This document shows positions 1 to 12,095 of a DNA stretch of 64,000 nucleotides, in pieces (position 1 is the stretch's first letter; every line of letters starts with the position of its first letter). The notes under the pieces are model-generated. The model saw only the letters and a list, made by a program, of their open reading frames with translations. It had not been told where the DNA came from and did no database searches. Origin of the DNA: Paraspadella gotoi (lineage: Eukaryota; Animalia; Chaetognatha); assembly GCA_051294375.1 (NCBI GenBank), contig CM119263.1:18376628-18440627 (forward strand). Reading direction: 5' to 3'. Both the position numbers and the translations under genes were made by a program.

Positions 1-164
1 ACTAACGTCAACGTTATCATCGCAACCATGACGGCGAAGGCGATAAAGCTGCGGCGAGAACGGTGTGGCTTTTTCAGGTCACGGTCTGTCGGTCTAGTGG
101 AGAGGAATCGTGAATTAATGAGAACCGATAGGGGGAGATAGTGGAGACGCGTTGGCGAGAGAGG

Positions 165-211
<47 letters not shown>

Positions 212-786
212 TATGTTTGTTGTTTTTTTTTTTTTTTGTCTTTTAATTCACGAATAATCGATTAAAAAAAACCTGACGAGGCTTCGATTCATTGATGCGG
301 CAGAAACGCGATAAAAACGCGCGGCGATGCTGGAGCTGATAACGGTCAACGGGCGTCGGGTGCCGTGGGCGCAGAAAACAGTTGCAGGTGCTGGTGAGCG
401 CAGAAGATGCGAACTCATTCTACGGTTCGCTGAAATTTTTAAAACGCCAAGTTAAATTCATTTAAACGAGAAAAAAAATATCTTAAAAAAAAGGGACTGA
501 ATTTCTCGCAAATAACGTCATATGATCATTTCCATAACGATGACATCATTATGAAATTAAAAATATGCAAATTTTTTTTCGTCTCATCGGCTTAATTTTC
601 TCCGTCTTCCTTTTTTCCTTGGAATGCCACGCCTACTTCTTTCCCCGCGGACATCAGCTTAAATCTCATTTGCATATTTCGGCTTGCCCCTTCCCCCCCG
701 CACCTTTTTTCCAATTGAGTCGAATCTTTTCCCGACACTTCTCTCTGTCCTTTTCATTTCTATCATCCCATATTTCTAGCCTTTAG

Positions 787-845
<59 letters not shown>

Positions 846-1401
846 ACCAGAAAGTGGGTTCTTCCTCCTCTTTCCTTCCTCTTGTACGACTTGTGCGTCG
901 ACCTTTCATTACCCTTTCACGCCCGCCCGGTCGGTAGGACGGTGGGGGTTGCATGGTGGGTGGCGGCGGGGTCCCTTCTTTTGGCGGGGGTTTGGGAGTC
1001 TTCGAGGTTGAAAAAGGAAAAGATGGAAAATAGGCGCGAAAGAAGAATAAGGATTTAATTAAATTAAATTTGTTTGGAGACTCTTCATTAATTGACGAAT
1101 TTAAGAATAAACCTGAAAGACTAGAAATTCCTTAGGAGATTGTATTCTGTGTCTCGCACGATATGGCGCCTGGATGAAGAGCTCATAGTTCGAAGGAGCA
1201 ACTGGGAAGTCAGAGAAAAGGAGGGACAAAGATATCGGTCCCGGGAAAGACCCATCGAATCCCCGCCTCTCGCTCTCTCTCTCCGGCTCCATTCAATCGT
1301 GGGCGAATGACTTTCGGGTCACGCGGTCCAATCCCGGGAGGAGAAGAGGGCGATTCAAGGGTGAGATTTGACGCTCGCTTCTTCTTCGCGCCATTTTCAA
1401 A

Positions 1402-1496
1402 ATCCTTTACGTCATTTCGTATCCTTTGCGATATTTCAGGTCCTTTGCGTCGTTTAATATCCTTTGCGCAATTTAAGATCCTTTACGGCATTTCCT
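1402..1496. repeat. 19-bp minisatellite, 5 diverged copies (core ATCCTTTRCG..ATTT)
   Basis: Units atcctttacgtcatttcgt / atcctttgcgatatttcag / gtcctttgcgtcgtttaat / atcctttgcgcaatttaag / atcctttacggcatttcct at exact 19-bp spacing. Confidence 0.8.
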
Positions 1497-2016
1497 AAAC
1501 TTTTCTGTGTTCAAATTTTTTTAGTTTTACACTTTGTCGGTTGTCGTGTAAGGTCGATCAATATTATGAATCATACTATTACAATGATACTATTGATGCC
1601 TTTCTTTTCCTTAAAAACGTTGACCCTCTTTTTTTACCTCGATTTCTGACCCTTTTTTTTTCCCTCCAGATTTCCGTTTTTCGTCACCTCCTCCTTCGGG
1701 ACCTTTTTAACTCCGGTGCTTCCGAAGAGGGGAATCCTTTCTGGGTCACCTTTTTCAGCCTTTCTTTTCCTTTCTTTTCCTTTCTTTTGCTTTCTTCTTT
1801 CCTTCTTCGTTACCTTGGGGTTTACTTTAACTTTGTTTTTTCTTTTCTTTATTTTCCTTATTTTATTTTTTCTATGCGGTTTTCCCATTTTAATTCGTCA
1901 TTCTTCTTTCTTTTTTTTCGCACGTGACATGTGACGCTTTTAACTTATCTCATTTTTAATCTCTACAACGAAAAAATCGTGAATCGCCTACTGAGAGAAA
2001 GTGAGTGAGAGAGAGC

Positions 2017-2109
<93 letters not shown>

Positions 2110-2668
2110 AGAGAGAGAGAGAGAGAGAGAGAAAGAGAAACGTTTAAAAATGAAAATAAAAAAAATAAATGGATCAATTTCCGTAAATATTTCGAAAGAA
2201 AGTCACAAGTTCGTAAAAACATTGGGTGTGTCATGGGCCAAGAAGAAAATTTCTGAGAGTGAGATATTTAATTTTTACAAAACAATCTATAACTGTTTCG
2301 TTTATTATTCTTTGACTTTAATGTATAATCTCTAATGTTGGTTAAACTTCGTAATCTTAATTTTCTGATTCGTCATATCTCACCTATTCTTTTTTATTGA
2401 TGTCCGTTTAAACAATTTATAACCCAATTATACTAATCTTCCGGTAATATCTATTTTCTTAACCGTTAGCTTTATTTTATATTATTATATATTAACAAAC
2501 CCATAGATTTTAATAATTAATAATAATATATAATTTTAAAAGGTTCCTCTTCTTTACCAAAAGTTATACGAAACTGAAAGAAATTACAACAGATATATTA
2601 ACTGCTGTATATATCATGTATTAATGTAAAATAATCAAAATCCTATGCTCTACAATTTTCTATAACAG

Positions 2669-4529
2669 AAAAACATTCTAATAAGACTTCTTTGTTACCC
2701 TTTCGATTTATAAGTTTATTCAAATGAGATTTCTTGCATTTTCCCCTGAGGTCGTCTTTAAGCTCTGAAATATAATTTTGTTTTCATTGATTGAATCCCG
2801 AGAGAGAAAACGGATAATTCACGACGACTTTGCATCTCGTCGTTCGTCGTCATTCGTCGTCGTCGTCTCCGTCACCCCGCCCCATATCGCCCACTCGCTC
2901 GACCGCCCCGACTTCATTTAAGGCTCCAAACAACGAATCGTTCAATGCGATTCGAAGCGATCTTTTTCTCGGCTATCTATTCTCGCCATTCCGGCCGTCG
3001 TTCCATTCGCCGTTCGTTTGCCATTCGTCCCCATGTGCTGCCATTCGCCTCGTTGGTCCTTTGCATTCAGCTATGCATTCATCGCTGCATTCATCGCTGC
3101 ATTCATCGCCGCATTCATACACCAACGCATTTCGCGTCGACGAATCGCGTCGCGCAGCAGAGAGATGCTCTTCTGTTTGTGACTTTTTGTCTCTTGTCAA
3201 CAAAAGGATTCTCTTCTCTCTCTCCTCTCTCTCTCTCTCCTCTCCTCTCTCTCACTCTCTCTCTCTCTTCCATCTCATCTCTCTCTCTCTCCTCTCTCTC
3301 TTTTTTTTTTTTCCTGCCAGAATTCGGACGAACTCCAACGCATTCATTTGCTAATAAAACTTTCTTCTCAATGTCAATAATAATATTCGCAAAAAGCTGC
3401 AACCAGAAATGTCCATACCGTTATTTGCAGTTTTACCAAAGATTACATTGTCATTTTATCTAAAACATTCGAAATAATTCTGACTTTATAAAGCTTAAAT
3501 GCTTATTTATTCTTTTGAGTCTTTTCCGTCCCACATTTTCTTAACTTTCCAATGACTTCGTGTTCCCCCTTAAAAACATAAGCACCATTCCAACCCCCAC
3601 CCCATCAAACCCACACCCTCTCCAACATCACTCCTCCCATCCACCATCGTCCCCATCACCCTCCTTCCCTCAGCATCGTTCTTCTTATCGCCCAACGACA
3701 AACAAATCCTCCCATCATTCCAACTCCTCTATTTTCCTCCTTATTTCTCGTTCTCCTTTCACCCATCTCTCCCCTACCTCTTCTCCCTCTCAACCTTACT
3801 CCTTTTCTTTGTCTACCCATCCTTCTCTCCTCTCTTTATTCTTTCATCCTCCCATACTCTTTCTAAACTCTCGCCCCTTTCAATCTCGCATCGGAAAGCC
3901 TCGTCGCGCCTCCCTCCGAATTCTCCCTATCGGCAATCCGTCGACGAAAACCCATTCTTTCGTTCATTCTTTTCATATTTGTGCTTTTTTTATCTATTTT
4001 TTAACTTTCCTCGCGGTAAGGATCCTCCTTCGGCGCGCGACACCCGGGTCGCTCGCTTTTCTTTTTTTTTTTTTTTTTTTTTTGAATCCCAAAAATTTTC
4101 TTGGTGCATAACGTCATTAACTTTATACTATTATTCAAACAATCTAAATAATCTCCAAAAACCCCCTCCGCATTGGCTTTTTCCAACTAAACAAAGTCAC
4201 GCGTGAAGCTTTGACTGCGAAACAAACGACTCTTTCTCCCTGACTTTCCCTCATCCCCATCTTTCATCAACCTCAATCCCTCTTTTTCTCAATGGTTTTA
4301 CTTTCTTTTTCCTTTCACTCTTTCCCCTTCTTTGGTCCCAGTTTCCCCTCGCCTCTTTTTTCTTTTCATCTTCTTACCCGATTCACCTTTTCCCCTTTCT
4401 TCCCAATGAACCCGCCTCATCCTCCTCTTCCTCCCCCCCCCACCCCTCCCCCTATTGAGCCACCAAACGCCTTCGCGCGAACACGCGATCGCGTCGGCGA
4501 AGTCGACGATTCAATTCCTCTCTCTCTCT

Positions 4530-4602
<73 letters not shown>

Positions 4603-5427
4603 CTTCCTCTTTCTCCTTTTTCCACCCCCCATCACCCTCATTCATCCATTTTTTTTGTTTCATTGTTTTTGTTTCTTTTCACTCGATGGTCTTTTTTTCT
4701 TTTTTTCGCTTTCAATGTTTCATTTCATCTGAGTTTTGTCGTCGAATGTTCGTCGTTCGTCGTCGTTCTCGTCGTCGTCGTCGTCCCTTATTTCTCATGT
4801 CGCCATGGACGATGGTTAACGCCGCATTAACCTTTTTATTTTTTGTTATTTCTATTCATCATTTTCAGTTAGATTTTTTTTTTTCATTTCAAATTTATTC
4901 GTTCTTTAATGTTTGTTTGAAAAAATCGCCCTAAAACAGTTTTAAAATTAAGACTAATATAGAAAAGCACAATCGTATCGCTCACTGAATTAATTTTTGT
5001 CTTTTCATTTCCCTCGCATGCTCTATCAGAACAATAAAAAACAGATTTCCCTTCTCTTTAAACACTTCCCACGCTTTCCGCCACCCTCTTCCCCCTCTTT
5101 TTCCCCTTCCCTTCCCCCCTCTTCCTGCAATCTCATACCAAAGGGCGGGCCTGCGTCATACAGATCCTTCTGTTTCAAACAACCAAATAAAGTCGTTGAA
5201 TCAGCTGACGGCCGTCGGCCAGCCTCGATTCTTCGATGCCGCACCCATGCCATGCCATGCCACATTGCCACATTGCCAAGACTCTCCTTCTCTTTTCCCT
5301 TTCCCCGAAATTTCTTCTCCAACATTGGTCCAGCCGCTTATAATCTTTTTTCTCTCAAAATAATACTTTCGAGTAGTCAACTTCGCCCTTATTACCAAAT
5401 ACTCTTTTTCTCAATCCATTCCTCTCT

Positions 5428-5471
<44 letters not shown>

Positions 5472-5474
5472 TCT

Positions 5475-5512
<38 letters not shown>

Positions 5513-5650
5513 TTTTCACTCTACATCCTTCATCTGACAAGGCCGCTCTCTCCTTCCCATGACACCTCATCACCTCTGGTTTTTCTTAAAAGCGTCGGGA
5601 ACAGTTTCCGATTTTTGAGGTGACAGGCCCTCGTCTCCCTCTCTCTTCTC

Positions 5651-5710
<60 letters not shown>

Positions 5711-5831
5711 TCTTTCTCTCTCTCTTTCCTTATGGTTGCCTGCCCATTACTTAACGTTTATCTATCCTCTGACGCGGAGGAAAAAAGCATTTCAGTGTCT
5801 GTTTCGTTATTATTAAAAGCTTTTCTGCGTT
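2669..5831 (+). repeat. Left arm of a large inverted duplication (partners 15860-17592 and 6026-7250)
   Basis: About 4560-5831 is the reverse complement of 6026-7250 (e.g. CATTTCAGTGTCTGTTTCG vs CGAAACAGACACTGAAATG). About 2669-4440 is the reverse complement of 15860-17592. Confidence 0.92.
3062..3119. repeat. 12-bp tandem repeat (GCATTCATCGCT), about 4-5 copies
   Basis: Directly visible. The inverted copy at about 17158-17203 has one unit fewer. Confidence 0.8.
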
Positions 5832-6000
5832 CGACTTTGAAAAAGCTTATTCGTTTCTCAATATAATCACTAGTGCAGGCAAAAACGTCCCGTGGCGTCT
5901 ACGTATAAGACCTGGTCGAAATTATTTCATCAGGGGTCTCTTTAGCAGTACCAGTAGTATCCAACCAGAGCTGCCCTGCAATTGATTTTAAATTTAAGAT

Positions 6001-6025
6001 NNNNNNNNNNNNNNNNNNNNNNNNN
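6001..6025. other. Assembly gap (25 N)
   Basis: Run of 25 N at the centre of the inverted duplication. Confidence 0.99.
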
Positions 6026-6142
6026 GACGCAGAAAAGCTTTTAAAAATACGAAACAGACACTGAAATGCTTTTTTCCTCGCGTCAGAGGATAGATAAACG
6101 TTAAGTAATGGGCAGGCAACCATAACGGAAAGAGAGAGAGAA

Positions 6143-6180
<38 letters not shown>

Positions 6181-6381
6181 AGGAGAGAGAGAGAGGACGA
6201 GAGAGAGAGAAGAGAGGACGAGAAAGACCTGGTCACCCAAAAATCGGAAATGTTCCCGCGACGCTTTTAAAGAAAACCAGAGGTGATGAGTGCGAGCGGA
6301 AGGAAGAGCGGCGCTATGTCAGATGAAGGATGTAGAGTGAAAAGGAGAGAGAGAGAGAGAGAGAGAGAAGAGAGAGAAGAA

Positions 6382-6414
<33 letters not shown>

Positions 6415-7250
6415 AGAAGAGAAGAGATGGACGAGGAGAGAGGAACTGGGATGAGAAAAAGAGATTGTATAAGGCGAAGTTGACTACTCGAAAGTATTAT
6501 TTTGGAGAAAAAAGATTATAGCGGCTGGACCAAATGTTGGAGAAGAAATTCGGAAAGGGGAAAGAGAAGGAGAGTCTTGGCAATGTGGCAATGTGGCATG
6601 GCATGGCATGGTGCGGCACGAGAATCGAGGCTGGCCGACGCCGTCGCTGACTTCACGACTTTATTTGGTTGTTTGGAAACAGAAGGATTCTGTTGACGCC
6701 GCCCTTGGTATGAGATTTGGAAGAGGGGGGAAGGGAAGGGGAAAAAGAGGGGAAGAGGGTGGGGAGCTGGGAAGTGTTAAAGAGAAGGGAATTGTTTTTA
6801 TTGTCTGATAGAAGCATGCGAGGGAAAATGAAAAGACAAAAATTAATTCAGTGAGCGATAATTGTGTTTTCTATATTAGTTTATTTTAAAACTGTTTAGG
6901 CGATTTTCAAACAACATTAACACGAATAAATTTAAAATGAAAAAAAAAATCTAACTGAAAATGATGAATAGAAATAAAAAAAATAAAAAGGTTAAGCGGC
7001 GTTAACCATCGTCATGGCGACGATGAGAATAAGGACGACGACGACGACCGCGACGAACCGCGCACTCTCGACGACAAATGCAGAGATGAAATGAAACATG
7101 AAAGCGAAAAAAGAAAAAAAGACCATCGAGTGAAAAGAAACAAAAACAAATGAAACAAAAAAAATGGAGAATGAGGGTGATGGGGGGCGGAAAAGGAGGA
7201 GGCGGCAGGGAAGAGAGGAGAGAGAGAGGAGAGAGAGAGAGAGAGAGAGC
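6026..7250 (-). repeat. Noisy inverted copy of about 4560-5831
   Basis: Reverse-complement match with many single-base indels, starting right at the gap edge. Confidence 0.92.
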
Positions 7251-8444
7251 AGAAAGAAATTTGGGGAAAAAAATTCGTTTTTTTGAAAAACCTCTGATTT
7301 CCGGGGCCGGGGACTGCATTTTCCGCCAGTTGGGGGGTTTCCCGCGGGCCCCGAATAGGCCGTCCTCACACTTTTTGGGGTGGGGGGGGGCCCCACCTTT
7401 TACAAATTAAGGGGGGGGGGGGGGTGCACAGTGTATCCCCACAGGCTGGAACCGCCTCACTCGTCCCCTTTCGCCACTCTTCTCATTGAAATTGTTTGGC
7501 AAATACTCTTGTCTTTAAAACTCCTTTGGCCATTTCTATTAAACGTTATTCATCGTTTTTTATATGTCTTAGTAACGAGAATTTATGATATTTTCATGCA
7601 GTCTTATGCGAATTGCCAATTGAATTTTTGATTGCTGGTTTGGTTAAGCACAACATCTATCAATCACACGTCAGAAATAACTATTTTTATTAAAAACTAT
7701 ATAATTTTACTAATAATCACAATGCAACACAGAGCATCTTTCGCTAAAGGGTTTCTTGTGACATGTTATTTTTATATCCTTTGTAGCTGTTCTGCCATCC
7801 ACAGTGGCATTAAGCCTTGGGCAAAGTGATTTAGAATGAAATGACGCTCCCCGCCATTCGTTCTCATCTAAGTTCAGCTTTAAGTTGTCGTGGTTTCATT
7901 TGGCCGCGCCTATCGGGGAAATTAACTCAAAAGGCAGGCCCATATTCGCCTCAGCTGGGTGGTCGTCCTCGCCACCGGCCTACCCCTGTTCGCGGTTTTG
8001 GTTGCGGTTTTTCGTTTTTAAAGAGAAAAGAAATCTTGACTGCCCAAGTAGGACTCCCTCAGTTTCCATGTAAATCCGAAATTTTAATTTTTATATAACA
8101 TTAACTTAAAGAAGATTCGCGGAAGGGCGACGAAAAAGAGAGAGAGAGAGAAAAAGAGAGAGAGAAAAAGAAAGAGAGGAGAGAGATAGAGAGATAGAGA
8201 GAATAAGAGATGGCGGTAACTAATCAGTCCGATGCTGCGTTTTTGACTAATCAGGGAAAGAAAAACAGAGAGAGAGAGAGACGCGGGCGAGGGGAGAGAG
8301 GAGAAAGAGAGAGAAGAGAGGGAGAGAGAAAAAGAAAAGAGAGAGAAGAGTAGAACAGAGAGAGAGAGAGAGCAGGATTTCGTAACTTTATAAAGGCCTC
8401 TGCAGAGTAAAGAACTCATTTTGGACTATCATGAAGAGAAAGAA

Positions 8445-8475
<31 letters not shown>

Positions 8476-8525
8476 GAGAAAGGAGAGAAAAAATCTTAAA
8501 GAGAATAGGATCGAGCCTCCCTTCA

Positions 8526-8633
8526 ATGATAACCAGAATATTGGTGTGGCGATGATAACCAAAGGATTGATGCGATGATAACCGATACTGTGGTATGCGA
8601 TGATAACCAATTAATTGAATGCGATGATGAACC
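8526..8633. repeat. Mini-array of GCGATGATAACC (5 copies) with about 11-14-bp variable linkers
   Basis: Motif at about 8526 (partial), 8549, 8572, 8597 and 8621 (one insertion); period about 23-25 bp. Confidence 0.7.
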
Positions 8634-9289
8634 AAATAGATCGATTTATCGATTACCCCCCACCCAAAATTGATTGATCGTCGAGAAATATAAAACCAAA
8701 AGGTTTGATGCAGATGATAGTTCCATTCAATTGATGTGATGACAGATCATATTGATAGATGATAGTCATTCATAGACTATCAATGAAATCATCATGCATA
8801 ATAAAAAAGCCGTGCGTGTATGAGTGCAGAGAGAGAGAAAGAGAGAGAGAGAAGATTGAGACGAGAGCCAGGTGACAATAAATCCACGAAAATCTCGGGA
8901 TGTAAATTTGGGCCCTTCTCCGCATCCGACAGACACCCGCGCAGGACTGGCGCTCGGAGGTCCGACATCCGGTCCCCGTAGGCGCGACGGACAAGACCCG
9001 TGGGCAGTGAGAAAAATCGCGGAATCAAATGGCGATATAATAAAAGTTTTTAAAAAGGAAAAAATAAATCGCAAAATTTTTTTAAAAAACGATCACGCAA
9101 GAGATCGTACAGAGAGACGGACGAGAGAGAGAGAGGAGAGAAAGAGAGAGAGAGAGATAGAAAAGGTTAAAGGTTTCACAAAGAATTGAGAGAGATTAAG
9201 TGGTCAGTTTAGAGACAGATTTAGTTGAGTGCTGAGATAGAATAAGTGGTGAAAAGAATGAAATTTGGTGAAGGGTGAGAGAGGAGAGA

Positions 9290-10711
9290 GCGAGAGAGAG
9301 AGAGAGAGAGAGGAGACAGAGAGAGAGAAATAAAACAATTACAATTGAGCAATGTAACAACAATGATACAAATTAAAGCAAACTTCAGTTTTGGTATGTT
9401 CTAATGAACACAAATTGTATTAGTGCGACTAGCAAACACTCCAACCGTTCATCAGCGCCATGTAGGTGACCGTTAGGCACAAGTCATTAGCCTCCCAATC
9501 CCAAAAGGTCCGGGTCTAGGCGCGCGGTGGTCGTCTGGCAGTTAAGAGAGGAGGGGCGGCTTAATATCCGCCTGTAACATGGTGTTACAGCCTGATCCGA
9601 AGCTCAGGGACTGTCTTATTATTGAACGGGTCTGTCATTAACACTTATCATAATAATTACTGGTGCTCTTCAAATTGCCAATAAATTCATTTTGAAATAT
9701 TTGAAAAAATTGAAATGAATGAATTTGAAAGTATAAGAGTTTAATTCAGTAGGAATAATAAGTAAAGATTTTAGTGAAATAAATTCTTTGTTGAAAACTT
9801 TTATCTCTGTCCCTCTCTCATCTTTCTCTCTCTCTGTCTACTCTTCTTCAATTCGTTGCAAAAACTATTTATAGAAAACAATATTTTTTCGCAGCTGAAA
9901 GAAGGCTCTGCATCAGGAGACGAAACATATCCGTTATTTTTGCTTTAAATTTAACCGTCTGTTTTTTAAATAATAAAAAAACGTTGTAACTAAAACTTAC
10001 CAAAACAAAACCAAATCGAGAGAAATTACATTATACTTTTTTAGTTAAAGCCGTTAAATTAAGAAAATCCCTGCCTATTCTCAGTCATGATTATATATTT
10101 TTATGAATAATTATCCTTTCTTAATAATTTTTAAACGTTGTAAATAAAATTTTCGTTCTGACGTAGTATTTTGCATTATTTAAAACCTTTGAGTATATAA
10201 CTCTAATTTGCCAATATTGGTAGTAATTAATATTTTTAAGAAAATGGAAAAATACAGAAAAAAAACTTTTACATATTATCAGAGATGAAATATAATTATA
10301 GATATATGCATTCGTAGACATTAAAACCCAAATAGAATTGAAGATACTTTCAAAGCAAAATGAAGTGCGTATTAGGCTTGCACATTACTTTTCAATCAAT
10401 ACAATTGCAAGGATAAAGCTTTTTAGTAATAGATAAAATCAAAAACAAATTATTGGAGGGTGGGTGTTGCGTCGGCTTTAATGCTATTAGAAATTTAGGC
10501 GATTCGCTGTCACCATATTGCTTCAAGTTAGTGTTCTGGAGGTGGTCATGAATTTCTCTGACTTACTATGGCTTGCATAGTGTTAGTGGTCTACAGTGTG
10601 AGGTAGCGAGGCTCGTATGAAATTTGCTGCTGTCCACAACTTACTATGGCTTCATAGTGTAGTGGTTAACAGGTTGGGTAAGCGAGGCTGGTATGAAATT
10701 CTTCCTCTGCT
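9290..10711 (+). repeat. Direct duplication, copy 1 (partner 10737 to about 12095)
   Basis: Both copies run (GA)n-AAATAAAACAATTACA, GC-rich island, AT-rich spacer, start of satellite. They are separated by a 25-N gap and differ by scattered indels. Confidence 0.93.
9538..9615 (+). ncRNA. Twister-ribozyme-like motif (circularly permuted, type-P5-like), copy 1
   Basis: GCAGTT-AA-G(A)GAG-GA-GGG-GCGGCT-T^AA-T(A)TCC-GC-CTGTAACA/TGG/TGTTACAG-CCTGA-TCCGAAGC-TCAGG-GACTG(T)C. Shows UAA site, P2, GC pseudoknot strand, P3, P4 with UCCNAAGC loop, and closing P5 in twister order. Confidence 0.45.
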
Positions 10712-10736
10712 NNNNNNNNNNNNNNNNNNNNNNNNN
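10712..10736. other. Assembly gap (25 N)
   Basis: Run of 25 N between direct duplicates. Confidence 0.99.
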
Positions 10737-10779
<43 letters not shown>

Positions 10780-12095
10780 AAACAATTACATTTAGCAATG
10801 TAAACAATGGATACAAATTAAAGCAAACTTCTGTTTGTAATGTTCTAATAACACAAATTGTATATAGTGGACTAAAGACCTCCAAACCGTTCATGCAGCG
10901 GCCATGTAGGTAGCCGCTAGGCACAGTCATTCAGCTCCCAATCCCAAAGGTCCGGGTCTAGCGCGCGGTGGTACGTCCTGGCAGTTAAGAAGGAGGGGCG
11001 GCTTAATTCCGCCTGTAACATGGTGTTACAGCCTGATCCGAAGCGTCAGGGACTGCTTATATTGAACGGGTCTGTCATTAACACTTATCATAATATTACT
11101 GGGTGCTCTTCAAATTGCCAATAAATTCATTTTGAAAATTTGAAAAAATTGAAAGAATGAATTTGAAATATAAGAGTTAATTCAGTAGGATAATAGTAAA
11201 GATTTTAGTGAAATAAATTCTTTGTTTGAAAACTTTATCTCGTGTCCCTCTCATCATCTTTCTCTCTCTCTGTCGTCTCTTCTTCATTCGTTGCAAAAAC
11301 ATTTATAGAAAACAATATTTTTTCCTCGCTGAAAGAAGGCTCTCATCAGGAGACGAAACACTATCCGTTATTTTTGCTATTAAATTAACGTCTGTTTTTT
11401 AAATAATAAAAAAACGTTGTAACTAAAAAACTTACCAAAACAAAACCAAATCGAGAGAAATTACATATATACTTTTTTAGTTAAACCGTTAATATTTAGA
11501 AAATCCCTGCCTATTCTAGTCTATGATATATATATATTTTTAGTAATTATCCTTTCTTAATAATTTTTAACGTTGTAAAGTAATAATTTTTCTCTGACTG
11601 TATTTTGCATTATTTTAAAACCTTTGGAGTATTAACTCTAATTTGCAATATTGGTAGTAAATTGATATTTTTAAGAAAACTGGAAAAATACAGCAAAAAA
11701 AATTTTACATATTATCAGAAGATGAAATATAATATAGAATTGCATTCTAGACATTAAACCATAATAGAATTAAGATACTTCAAAGCAAATGAAGTGCGTA
11801 TAGCTGCACATTACTTTTCAATCAATACAAGTTCAAGGATAAAGCTTTTTGTAATAGATAAAATCAAAACAAATTATTGGAGGGTGGGTGGTTGCGTGGC
11901 TTTAATGCTATTAGAAATTTCAGGCGCGGAAATTCTGCTGATCTCACCATGACTATGGCTTGCATAGGTGTGTAGTGGTTACAAGGTGGGGGTAGCGAGC
12001 TCGTATGAAATTTGTGCTGCTGCCACGCTTACTATGGCTTCATAGTGGGTAGTGGTTACAGTGTGGGTAAGCCGAGGCTGGTATGAAATTTCTGC
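10737..12095 (+). repeat. Direct duplication, copy 2 of 9290-10711
   Basis: Collinear with copy 1 and continues into the full satellite array. Confidence 0.93.
10981..11056 (+). ncRNA. Twister-ribozyme-like motif, copy 2
   Basis: P5 GCAGTT(10981-86)/GACTGC(11051-56); putative cleavage T11004^A11005; P2 TTCC(11007-10); GC(11011-12); P3 CTGTAACA/TGTTACAG; P4 CCTGA/TCAGG around TCCGAAGC (one extra G). P1 is not formed and the T1 pseudoknot is imperfect. Confidence 0.45.

Noticed and set aside
1134-1310. Short open frame (RRLYSVSRTIWRLDEELIVRRSNWEV...)
   Set aside because: Short, with no recognisable domain or supported splice structure.
7255-7430. G-rich tract as G-quadruplex or regulatory element
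   Set aside because: Homopolymer-inflated text typical of low-quality read sequence at a junction.
8526-8633. Mini-CRISPR
   Set aside because: The 12-bp repeat and about 12-bp linkers are far too short, and the linkers resemble each other alternately.
9480-9615. HDV-like ribozyme on the minus strand (GGCUAAUGAC resembles J4/2-P2')
   Set aside because: Could not place contiguous P2-P3-L3-P1'-P1.1 elements.
10960-11056. tRNA-Leu(TAA)-like cloverleaf, or SRP/Alu-like 5' end (GCGCGGTGG..CGT.CCTG)
   Set aside because: No D-arm, no purine at position 37 and no TTCRA T-loop; no SRP S-domain motif downstream.
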